Source of the DNA: Syntrophorhabdaceae bacterium
GTDB lineage: Bacteria; Desulfobacterota; Syntrophorhabdia; Syntrophorhabdales; Syntrophorhabdaceae
NCBI GenBank assembly: GCA_963666485.2
Contig: CAXXUO010000010.1
Location: 32,001 to 96,000 of the forward strand
Reading direction: 5' to 3'
Length of the DNA stretch: 64,000 nt
The notes under the pieces are model-generated. The model did not search any database. It saw nothing but the letters and a program-made list of their open reading frames with translations, and had not been told where the DNA came from. The position numbers and the translations under genes are program-made. Of the stretch, positions 38,767-46,981 are shown piece by piece. Position 1 is the first letter of the stretch; each line of letters opens with the position of its first letter.

Positions 38767-40191
38767 GTGACGCATCTATTTCGCGCTGTACTCTTGTTGG
38801 TTTTTTTCGGGGCCCAGGCCGTGACCGGCGCGGCCTTCTTATGCGGCGATGCAGCGGCTGCCGCACAGGCGGGCGTCACGAATCTCAATAATGATTTCGT
38901 CGCCGTGGTACGCGATGTCGGGCCGTCTGTCGTGTCTATCCGGGCCGAGGCCCTGATGGACGGACTGCAGGTGCTGACCCGTGACGACGGGCCGGACGAG
39001 AAGGCGCTGCGCCAGTTTCTCGAAGACCTCTTCAAGCGCAAGAAAAGGGTCGGCGTACGGGAGGCGTCAGGCATTGTGGTCCGTCACAACGGGTATATCC
39101 TGACGAACCACCATGTCGTCGCGGATGCCACGAAGATCACGGTCAACCTCTATGACGGCACGAGTTTCGAGGCGCAGTTGGTGGGTTCGGACAGCAAGAC
39201 CGACCTGGCAGTGATCCGTATTCCGGCCACGCACCTCAAGGTTCCAAAATTCGGGGATTCCGACCGGGTCGAGCCGGGGGAATGGGCGATAGCGATAGGC
39301 TCCCCCTACGGTTTCGATAAAAGTGTGACCCTCGGCGTGATAAGCGCCCGGGCGAGGCCGGGCCTCAACGCCGTGACCCCCGCCGGCGAACTGATCCAGA
39401 CGGACGCATCCATCAACCCCGGCAACAGCGGAGGTCCCCTGGTAAACATAAGCGGTGAGATAATAGGGATAAATTCCATCGTCATCAGGCCCGGGCAGGG
39501 GATCGGGTTTGCGATCCCCATCAACATGGTGAAAAGGGTGATGGACGACCTGATCGACGCGGGACGTGTCCTGCGCCCGTGGCTCGGTATAGGCCTCCAG
39601 GAGATGACCCCGGAATTGAAGAGATATTTTGACATTCACCTTCCCGGGACGATGGTGCGGCAGGTCATCGAAAGTGGACCGTGCGACAATGCGGGCCTCA
39701 AGCCGGGCGACATTATCGTGTCGGTGGAAGGGAAAGAGGCGTCAAGTCCCCAGTCCGTCCTCAACCTGGTCATGGACAAGAGAATAGGACAGGTTGTTAC
39801 GATGGAGGCGATCCGGGGCGGAAAACGCTTTACAGCGAGGATAACCACGGCCGACGAAGGAAAACAGCCGGGCCGCACGCGTGTCGCCACCGCCAATGCC
39901 GGCGCCCCTTTCGGGCTTATCGTGAAAACCATTACCCCGGGTATTGCCCGGAAGCTGGACCAGCCGGACATGGAAGGGGTCATTATCACGGCCGTTGAAA
40001 CCGGGTCTCCCGCGCAGACGGCGGCCCTCATGATCGACGATGTCATCATACGTATTGATGACCGCAAGATACGCGGTGAGGAAGAATATCGCTCAGCCGT
40101 AAAAAGATCGAACCCGGAAAAAGGGGCCTTGCTGATGGTCGACCGGACAGGCTCGACGTTTTTTGTTGTCCTGAAAGAAAAGAAAGAATAG
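38767..40191 (+). CDS. HtrA/DegP-family periplasmic serine protease with 2 PDZ domains
   Basis: TNHHV, TDLAV, IQTDASINPGNSGGPL and GIGFAIP. Confidence 0.95.
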   Translation: MTHLFRAVLLLVFFGAQAVTGAAFLCGDAAAAAQAGVTNLNNDFVAVVRDVGPSVVSIRAEALMDGLQVLTRDDGPDEKALRQFLEDLFKRKKRVGVREASGIVVRHNGYILTNHHVVADATKITVNLYDGTSFEAQLVGSDSKTDLAVIRIPATHLKVPKFGDSDRVEPGEWAIAIGSPYGFDKSVTLGVISARARPGLNAVTPAGELIQTDASINPGNSGGPLVNISGEIIGINSIVIRPGQGIGFAIPINMVKRVMDDLIDAGRVLRPWLGIGLQEMTPELKRYFDIHLPGTMVRQVIESGPCDNAGLKPGDIIVSVEGKEASSPQSVLNLVMDKRIGQVVTMEAIRGGKRFTARITTADEGKQPGRTRVATANAGAPFGLIVKTITPGIARKLDQPDMEGVIITAVETGSPAQTAALMIDDVIIRIDDRKIRGEEEYRSAVKRSNPEKGALLMVDRTGSTFFVVLKEKKE

Positions 40192-40196
40192 AAGAT

Positions 40197-40481
40197 GGTT
40201 CCACGTCCCAGGTTCCACGTTCCACGTTAAAGGCAAAAACCTTACGGCTTGAAGAACAAATAGTAATATCCAAAAAATATGGTTCCACGTTCCAGGTTCC
40301 ACGTTCCACGTTAAAGGCAAAAACCTTACGGCTTGAACAACAATAGTAATATCCAAAAAATATGGTTCCACGTTCCAGGTTCCACGTTCCACGTTAAAGG
40401 CAAAAACCTTACGGCTTGAACAATAAATAGTAAATTTCTTCGTTTTTTTGCGTGGAACGTGGAACGTGGAACGTGGAACGG
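40197..40481. repeat. Heptamer element G: triplicated left half (84/83-bp units) plus one inverted right arm
   Basis: Units start at 40197, 40281 and 40364 with GGTTCCACGT(T/C)CCAGGTTCCACGTTCCACGTTAAAGGCAAAAACCTTACGGCTTGAA; (CGTGGAA)4 at 40451-40481. Confidence 0.92.
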
Positions 40482-40519
40482 TTCTTTACATTCTCCCCGT
40501 TTAATCATATTTTAAGGTT

Positions 40520-41272
40520 ATGCCCGACCCCGTCCGATTTTCGATCATGACGTACAATGTCCACAGCTGCATCGGGAACGACGGGAAGAACCTTCCGATG
40601 AGAATTGCGAAGATAATAGCGGGGATGCATCCCGATATCGTGGCCTTGCAGGAACTCGATGTGGGGCTCGCGAGGACGGGGTGGGTCGACCAGGCAGAGC
40701 TTATCGCCCGCGAGCTTCATATGAACTACCATTTCCATCCCAGCCTGGTCATCGAGGACGGGCGCTACGGGAATGCGATATTGAGCCGGTACCCCATAAG
40801 GCCGGTAAAAACCGGTGCTCTCCCGTCCCGCAGGAAAGAGCCGCGCCGGGGTGCGCTCTGGGTCGAGATAGACCTGAAAGACCATAACGTGCAGGTGATA
40901 AATACCCACCTCGGGCTCACGCCCGTGAGGCGCCGGACGCAATCGCACACCCTGATCGGCCCGGAGTGGCTCGGCAACGAAAAATGCGTCCCGCCCGCCA
41001 TCCTGTGCGGGGATATGAATGCCACCCCGGGATCGTATGTCCACTATAATTTTTCTCAAAAATTAACCGACGCCCAACTTCTTCTCCCCGGAAAGAGCCG
41101 GCCGCGGCGCACCTGGCCCAGCATAAGCCCATTTTTGCGTCTCGATCACGTCTTCGTCTCCAAAGGGATCGGGATAAGGGCCTGCAGGGTCCCCCGTTCC
41201 CTGGATGCCAAAATGGCCTCCGACCATCTCCCGCTGCTTGTAGAGGCTCAACTCATTGACCCTGCAAAATAA
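40520..41272 (+). CDS. Endonuclease/exonuclease/phosphatase family protein
   Basis: TYNVH, ALQE, YGNAILS, NTHL, GDMN, LDHVF and SDHLP. Confidence 0.92.
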   Translation: MPDPVRFSIMTYNVHSCIGNDGKNLPMRIAKIIAGMHPDIVALQELDVGLARTGWVDQAELIARELHMNYHFHPSLVIEDGRYGNAILSRYPIRPVKTGALPSRRKEPRRGALWVEIDLKDHNVQVINTHLGLTPVRRRTQSHTLIGPEWLGNEKCVPPAILCGDMNATPGSYVHYNFSQKLTDAQLLLPGKSRPRRTWPSISPFLRLDHVFVSKGIGIRACRVPRSLDAKMASDHLPLLVEAQLIDPAK

Positions 41273-41351
41273 TTTTACCCATCTGATTTACTGTAATTTC
41301 AATCATTAATCCTCTCGTGCCCCGGGCGTGACCCGGCTTCCTCCTTCCATC

Positions 41352-41382
41352 CGTCATTCCGGCGAAAGCCGGAGGAATGACG
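41352..41382. repeat. Collapsed CGTC REP doublet
   Basis: CGTCATTCC-GGCGAAAGCCGGA-GGAATGACG. Confidence 0.7.
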
Positions 41383-41484
41383 AAAACAGATCCCTGTGGC
41401 ATAATTCCCCGTTTTCACATAACCCCCTGTACTACCTGTCTTTTTATATCGGGAACTGTCCGGTTTAAAAGACTTTTAATTCGC

Positions 41485-41500
41485 TGGCACTTGCCTTGCA
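41485..41500 (+). promoter_or_regulatory. sigma54 promoter of the ldh-like gene
   Basis: TGGCACTTGCCTTGCA; upstream site TGTGGCATAATTCCCCG at 41395-41411. Confidence 0.75.
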
Positions 41501-41548
41501 GTCCCAATGCGCAATGCAGGTAAAACGGCGGTCGGCTACAGGGATGAC

Positions 41549-42493
41549 ATGAAAATAGGAATTGTCGGGACGGGTTTTGTGGGTTCAACAGCGGCATATA
41601 CGCTTGTCACGAGGGGCCTCGGAACCGAACTCGTCCTTATCGACAAGAATATGGCCCGGGCGTCGGCCGAAGCGGCGGACATCCGCCACGCCATTCCCTT
41701 CGCACACTCGGTCAACGTACACCAGGGGGATTATCCCGACCTTGCCGGGTGTTCCGCGGTGATCGTCGCTCTCGGCAAGGGCAGGGTTGCCGGTCAGACG
41801 CGCCTTGACCTTGCGTTTGAAAATGCCGCTATCTTCCGCGAGGTGATCCCGGCGATATTTGAACATTCTCCCTGCTCTGTTCTTATCATTACCACAAATC
41901 CGGTCGATATCATGACCCACGTGGCGACCAGGATCGCGGTCAACCTCGATGTGCCGCCCGGGCTCGTTATCGGCACGGGAACTGTGCTTGACACCGCGCG
42001 CTTCAGGACTTTGCTCGGTGAGTTCCTCGATATCGAAAGCAGTCACGTGCACGCCTATGTCCTCGGCGAGCACGGGGACTCCGAGGTCATGGCCTGGTCC
42101 CTTGCACGCGTTGGTGGACTGACCATCGATGAGATGTGCTCGTACCTTGGAAAGGAATTCAACGCAGGCGTAAAACAGAGGATAAACGACGACGTCCGCC
42201 ACGCCGGCCGTGACATAATACTGGGGAAAGGGGCGACCTATTACGGTATCGGGAGCATCCTTGCCCACATTGTCGACGTCGTCGCTCATGACCACAGGGC
42301 AATTCTTACGGTAAGCACGTTTGTCCATGACTGTGAGGGTGTTCGTGATGTCACACTGTCTCTTCCCCATATCCTCGGCGGGCGGGGCGCCATAGCCAGT
42401 CTGCCGCTTTCCCTCGATGCCGGCGAAAGGTCAGAACTCAAGAAAAGCGCCGAGATCTTGCGCAGGTCAGCGGATGCGCTCGGAATTTCGTGA
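41549..42493 (+). CDS. L-lactate/malate dehydrogenase family protein
   Basis: GTGFVG, TRLDL, TNPVD, LDTARF, GEHGDS and KGATYYGIG. Confidence 0.92.
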   Translation: MKIGIVGTGFVGSTAAYTLVTRGLGTELVLIDKNMARASAEAADIRHAIPFAHSVNVHQGDYPDLAGCSAVIVALGKGRVAGQTRLDLAFENAAIFREVIPAIFEHSPCSVLIITTNPVDIMTHVATRIAVNLDVPPGLVIGTGTVLDTARFRTLLGEFLDIESSHVHAYVLGEHGDSEVMAWSLARVGGLTIDEMCSYLGKEFNAGVKQRINDDVRHAGRDIILGKGATYYGIGSILAHIVDVVAHDHRAILTVSTFVHDCEGVRDVTLSLPHILGGRGAIASLPLSLDAGERSELKKSAEILRRSADALGIS

Positions 42494-42559
42494 TCAGCAT
42501 AGAGAATGAATTCGCCTTTAAGGGAATTTTCGATCTGAAGCATCCTGGAGCAACCCACA

Positions 42560-43381
42560 ATGAACAACAAAACGACGTACCCGCCTGGCGTGCCGGGAAT
42601 GCTGCCGATACAGAAGATCCTCTGCCCGGTGGATTTCAGTGAATTCTCCCGGCGTGCCATTGATGTGGCCAGGGAACTGGCATCCTGTTTTGAGGCGGAA
42701 CTCATCCTGCTCAATGTCATCGCCGATGTCCCCGCGCCGCACGAAGTCCTGTCGAAGAGGTTCGATATAAACGGTTACAAGAAGGCCCTTGTCTCGTCGT
42801 CGCAGAATTCCTTAAGAAAAATAGTGCGCCGGATAGATGATAACAACGACATAAAGGTCCGGTCGGTAGCCCTTCAGGGCAACCCGCCGGAGCGTATAAC
42901 CCGGGAAGCACGCAGGCTGGATGTTGACCTCATTGTTATATCGAGCCATGGCCGGGGTGGAAGGGACGGCACCATCTTCGGGTCGGTGACTGAACGGGCC
43001 TTGCAGCTTGCCCCGTGCCCGGTGCTCATCGTTCCCGCGTATGCCGGTGCAATCATGGATGCACCACCGCTTTTTTTGTCCCTGTCGGCTGACGTGAGCG
43101 GGGTTTTCGAAGACCATCTGGAGCATCTGACGGAAAGGCTTGATGCCGTGGAAAAGAGCATTGAAGACCGAAAGAGGTACCTCGACACGCTGCTCAGCCG
43201 CCGGTTTGCGGAACTCGAAGGAGGAAACGAGGACCTTCGGAGAAAAATGCGCCGGATTGGAAGGGCATCGTCAGAGGCGTGGCAGGAGCTCAAAGCCGGT
43301 CTCGCGGACCTCAGGGCCGTGTTTCAAAGGGCGGCTTCGAAATTCCGCAGCCCCGGGAACGATCTGTACCAGGGCAGGTAG
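42560..43381 (+). CDS. Universal stress protein with C-terminal coiled-coil extension
   Basis: KILCPVDFS, DLIVISSHGR and FGSVTE..L..APCPVLIV. Confidence 0.88.
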   Translation: MNNKTTYPPGVPGMLPIQKILCPVDFSEFSRRAIDVARELASCFEAELILLNVIADVPAPHEVLSKRFDINGYKKALVSSSQNSLRKIVRRIDDNNDIKVRSVALQGNPPERITREARRLDVDLIVISSHGRGGRDGTIFGSVTERALQLAPCPVLIVPAYAGAIMDAPPLFLSLSADVSGVFEDHLEHLTERLDAVEKSIEDRKRYLDTLLSRRFAELEGGNEDLRRKMRRIGRASSEAWQELKAGLADLRAVFQRAASKFRSPGNDLYQGR

Positions 43382-43494
43382 ATACCGGGACGAATAGGGG
43401 GTTTCTCTCGGGCCGCACCCAATTTCCCCACCCCCGTTTCAGGAAAATCAGAAATCCAATTCAGGTATGTCCCGATTGTTAGAAACCTCTTGCA

Positions 43495-43510
43495 GTTCTA
43501 AACTTAGAAC
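43495..43510. promoter_or_regulatory. Palindromic operator candidate upstream of the TerC gene
   Basis: GTTCTAA-AC-TTAGAAC perfect 7-2-7 inverted repeat. Confidence 0.5.
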
Positions 43511-43539
43511 ATGATAGGACAGGAACCGAGGAGGACACC

Positions 43540-44292
43540 ATGGATCTAGGACATATTTTTTCGAATATGATGAGTGTTTCATTTTTGTTTGCTTTGCTCA
43601 ACATTATTTTTATCAATATCATTCTTTCCGGCGACAACGCGGTGGTTATCGCGATGGCCGTCCGGTCGCTTCCGGATAAGCAGAGGCAGCAGGGGATCAT
43701 CTGGGGGACCGCGGGAGCCGTGATATTGAGGATCGGCCTCACATTCGTGGCAGCCAAGCTCCTGGAAGTCCCTTTTGTAAAGCTTGCCGGCGGTGTCCTC
43801 ATCCTCTGGATCGCAATAAAGCTTCTCCTGGGTGACAATGACGAAGGGCACGAAAAACAGGTCAACGGGCTTATGCAGGCGATCGGGACGATCCTGATGG
43901 CGGACCTGGTTATGAGCCTCGACAACGTCCTCGGCGTGGCGGGCGCATCGAACGGCAATATGCTCCTGCTTCTCATCGGGCTTGCGACAAGCATACCGAT
44001 CGTCGTGTTCGCCAGCAAGCTGATAACGAAGCTCATGGACAGGTTCCCGATAATCGTTGTGATCGGCGCGATGATACTGGGCAGGGTGGCCGGCGAGATG
44101 ATCATCAGCGATCCTTATATGACCAGGATATTTCATAATCCGGGCCACATGGTGGCATACGCTGTCCAGGCGGCCCTGGCAGTGGCGGTTGTCGGAGCAG
44201 CCAAACTCTGGACCAGGTACCGGGCACCGCAGGCTGTACCCGCACCGGCCGCCGGGAATCCTTTCGCGGTCGAAGGCTGGGATATACTCTAA
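43540..44292 (+). CDS. TerC/YjbE-family membrane protein
   Basis: ILSGDNAVVIAMA, ADLVMSLDNVLGVAGA and GLATSIPI. Confidence 0.93.
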   Translation: MDLGHIFSNMMSVSFLFALLNIIFINIILSGDNAVVIAMAVRSLPDKQRQQGIIWGTAGAVILRIGLTFVAAKLLEVPFVKLAGGVLILWIAIKLLLGDNDEGHEKQVNGLMQAIGTILMADLVMSLDNVLGVAGASNGNMLLLLIGLATSIPIVVFASKLITKLMDRFPIIVVIGAMILGRVAGEMIISDPYMTRIFHNPGHMVAYAVQAALAVAVVGAAKLWTRYRAPQAVPAPAAGNPFAVEGWDIL

Positions 44293-44311
44293 CACCCGTC
44301 AATCCGAAGAT

Positions 44312-44340
44312 AAAAAGGGGCCCTTTGCGGGGCCCCTTTT
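44312..44340. terminator. Intrinsic terminator
   Basis: AAAAAGGGGCCCT-ttgc-GGGGCCCCTTTT. Confidence 0.8.
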
Positions 44341-44424
44341 CTGTTTGAATCTTCGTCAAGCATGTGGTATGTGATTACCACACGTTCCAACAATTAAATA
44401 CCCAAGATTCCAGGAGGAGACAGT

Positions 44425-44700
44425 ATGAAGAAAGTTTTCACCGTTATGGTTGTGTTGTTTGCCGTGATCGCCTTTGCATGCGTGTCATTTGCTGCCGAGG
44501 ACGGGGCCAGGGTCAAAGTTGATACTCCCGCTGCCCCGGTCAAAAAGGATGACAAGGGCAAGGTAAAGGCAACACCGAAGGGAAAAGTCGACAAGACAAA
44601 AACGACCGAGCAGAAATCAGAGGAAAAGAAGGATCCGAAAGATGCAAACAAGGGCAAGAAAGTAGAGAAAAAGGAAGAACCGAAAAAGGGTGACAAGTAA
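44425..44700 (+). CDS. Small exported Lys-rich protein
   Basis: Signal peptide ending SFA-AE; SD AGGAGG; low-complexity K/E tail. Confidence 0.75.
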   Translation: MKKVFTVMVVLFAVIAFACVSFAAEDGARVKVDTPAAPVKKDDKGKVKATPKGKVDKTKTTEQKSEEKKDPKDANKGKKVEKKEEPKKGDK

Positions 44701-44726
44701 TTAGGGACCTTTATTGAAATCGCCTG

Positions 44727-44764
44727 GCGGGCCGGACGGGATATCCCGGAAGGCCCGCTTTTTT
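44727..44764 (+). terminator. Probable intrinsic terminator
   Basis: GCGGGCC...GGCCCGC stem followed by T6. Confidence 0.6.
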
Positions 44765-44852
44765 ATGTGATTTCCGATGAATATTTTACCGGTTGTAATT
44801 GTCAAAGACATAATTGTATGATGTCAGCATCACGATCAAGAAGGAGGCTTGC

Positions 44853-45854
44853 ATGAAAACCGCGCTGAGGACCTTTCTCGTCTTTTCTATCGCCATCGTC
44901 TATGGCCTCACCGCGTACGGCCAGGGAAAGGACGTGGCCGGGTCGAAGGACAACCCTCTCATTTCCCGCTACAAGGGGTCGTACATAATCGGATATGAGC
45001 AAAGGTCATTTGACGAGTTCAAGCTTCCCCTCGGAAAACAGGTAAAATCGCATATGGAAGCCGAACCGCTGGCAAAAACCCAGCGGGTGGAAGGTAAATT
45101 CACGCGCATCCTTTACGTCGTGCCCGAACAACGTTCCTCTCTCGAGGTCTTCCGTAATTATGAAACAGCCCTCGCGGGGGCCGGCTTCCAGACCCTGTTC
45201 AACTGCAGCCTGCAGGAATGCGGCCTAAACTATCACCAGGTCCTGTACCCTATGGGCAAGAAGATGGCGAACCGGGGCCAGATGGGGGAATATGCCTTTT
45301 CCCAGCCGAAGGACCAGCGATATCTGTCAGCCAAACTGGCACGGCCTGAGGGCGACGTCTATGTTTCCCTCTACACGGCGATCGAAACGTTCGATCATTT
45401 CAAGGAAACCGCCAACCGGCCGCTCGTTCTGCTTCAGATCGTGGAAACAAAGGGAATGGACAAGGCAATGGTAACGGTCGACGCGGCGGCGATGGGGGGC
45501 GACATAGAGAAGACAGGGCATGTCGCCATCTACGGCATTTACTTTGACACCGACAAGGCTGACATAAAGCCTGCCTCCGAGCCGACGTTGAAAGAGATGG
45601 CAAAGCTCCTCGGCCAGAAGCCCAAACTGAAGGTCTTTATCGTCGGGCACACCGATAATGCCGGAACTTTTGCCCACAACCAGACACTGTCCCAGAAGCG
45701 CGCCGAGGCGGTGGTCAAGGAGCTGACGACAAAATATAGTGTGGCCCAATCAAGGCTCGTCGCAAAGGGTGTGGCGTCCCTGGCGCCGGTTGCCTCGAAT
45801 GGCTCCGAAGCCGGCCGGGCCAAGAACCGCAGGGTGGAGATGGTCGAACAATAG
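44853..45854 (+). CDS. OmpA-family protein with DUF4892-like N-terminal domain
   Basis: D.PLISRY.GS, SSLEVFRNY, GIYFDTDK, VGHTD, LSQKRA and NRRVE. Confidence 0.9.
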   Translation: MKTALRTFLVFSIAIVYGLTAYGQGKDVAGSKDNPLISRYKGSYIIGYEQRSFDEFKLPLGKQVKSHMEAEPLAKTQRVEGKFTRILYVVPEQRSSLEVFRNYETALAGAGFQTLFNCSLQECGLNYHQVLYPMGKKMANRGQMGEYAFSQPKDQRYLSAKLARPEGDVYVSLYTAIETFDHFKETANRPLVLLQIVETKGMDKAMVTVDAAAMGGDIEKTGHVAIYGIYFDTDKADIKPASEPTLKEMAKLLGQKPKLKVFIVGHTDNAGTFAHNQTLSQKRAEAVVKELTTKYSVAQSRLVAKGVASLAPVASNGSEAGRAKNRRVEMVEQ

Positions 45855-45868
45855 CCCGATCATAGACG

Positions 45869-46558
45869 CTATTTTAAGGGGCGTACCCCGATAAGCTTTC
45901 TGCCCTCGAACGAACCTTTGCTGTCAAAGAAGAACCCTACGCGGGCCTCTCCGATATCTTCGCAGGCGCGGCACCCGGTCGTCAGCCGGTATAAGGCAGT
46001 GAACTGAAGCTTCCCTCCTTTGATGCGCAGTGCCCGGATCGAACCGGGCCTGCGGTCCCCGATAAAAAGCCCGATGTCCGGGTATTTCTTTTTCAGAGCC
46101 ATATATCCGGGATCTTTTTCGAGCATCGCGCCCGTTATCGGAGACAGGTCGTCGATATTGATAAGGGCCGGCTTTCCATTGACGAGATAGACGCCGCTAT
46201 TTTCGTTCGCCCTGAAGGGGAGATCGGCAAAAGCGATATCGACCGGGCCTACCTTCTTGAATTTCGTCATGAAACCGGGCTCGTCAATGAGCCTGGCAAA
46301 ATCAACCGCAGCAGCCGGCGCACCCGCCTTCCCGAGCATCTTGAGAAAACAGGCATCGAACGGATCAGGGCCACTGCCGCATTTCGTCCGTACCTCGTCG
46401 AGCAAGGCCGGGGTTGGCGCGTAAATCGCGGCTGCCGTGATCGGTTCGGCCCCATAAAGCCCGGAAGACCATGGGAGGATAGGCAAAACAAAAAAGAGCA
46501 GGGACAATAGGCATATAACGTTCCGGCCTTTTACGCGACCTCGATATGCGTTGAACAT
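45869..46558 (-). CDS. Exported hypothetical protein
   Basis: Signal-like N-terminus; PFRAN and GCRAC motifs; normal codon usage. Confidence 0.7.
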   Translation of the reverse strand: MFNAYRGRVKGRNVICLLSLLFFVLPILPWSSGLYGAEPITAAAIYAPTPALLDEVRTKCGSGPDPFDACFLKMLGKAGAPAAAVDFARLIDEPGFMTKFKKVGPVDIAFADLPFRANENSGVYLVNGKPALINIDDLSPITGAMLEKDPGYMALKKKYPDIGLFIGDRRPGSIRALRIKGGKLQFTALYRLTTGCRACEDIGEARVGFFFDSKGSFEGRKLIGVRPLK

Positions 46559-46759
46559 TGCAACCCCCGTGAGTATAAAATGTGATGAAAATTTTATATA
46601 TCATTTCGGGAATGCCGTCTATCAAATAAGTCCTTTCCCCGGGCCGGTCATTTTCTCTCTTTCTCCATACTCCAAACATTTCTCCTCAGGCTCATACCGG
46701 CACATCGCATAAAATTGGTGTTGCCATAACCCGTTGTCTGTGTTATATAAAAATCCCGT

Positions 46760-46836
46760 GGGCCGTTAGCTCAGTCCGGTAGAGCAGTTGACTCTTAATC
46801 AATTGGTCCAAGGTTCGAATCCTTGACGGCCCACCA
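46760..46836 (+). tRNA. tRNA-Lys(CTT)
   Basis: GGGCCGT/ACGGCCC acceptor stem, D arm AGCTCAGTCCGGTAGAGC, anticodon loop CT-CTT-AA, GTTCGAAT T loop and encoded CCA. Confidence 0.97.
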
Positions 46837-46852
46837 AACATAACAATAAATT

Positions 46853-46880
46853 AGGCCATCTGCTTGATGGCCTGTTTTTT
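46853..46880 (+). terminator. Intrinsic terminator after the tRNA
   Basis: AGGCCATC-tgctt-GATGGCCT-GTTTTTT. Confidence 0.75.
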
Positions 46881-46981
46881 GATGTGTCCGTACCTGCCCG
46901 GTATGTTTTCCTAACCCTCGCTTGCTTCCTTTCATGCTCCTCTGTGGACATGAATTTTAAATGCCAAATTGCCCGTGGTCC

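Noticed and set aside
40197..40481. CRISPR array (30-bp repeat with about 54-bp intervals)
   Set aside because: The intervals are near-identical to each other, the repeat is itself a heptamer array, and there are no cas genes.
40046..40508. Minus-strand ORFs with repeated WNVEPGTWN / VERGTWN peptides
   Set aside because: They are translations of the heptamer repeats with no independent coding signal.
43382..43539. yybP-ykoY riboswitch before TerC
   Set aside because: No recognisable GGGGAGUA-type core by eye; an Infernal scan would be needed to exclude it fully.
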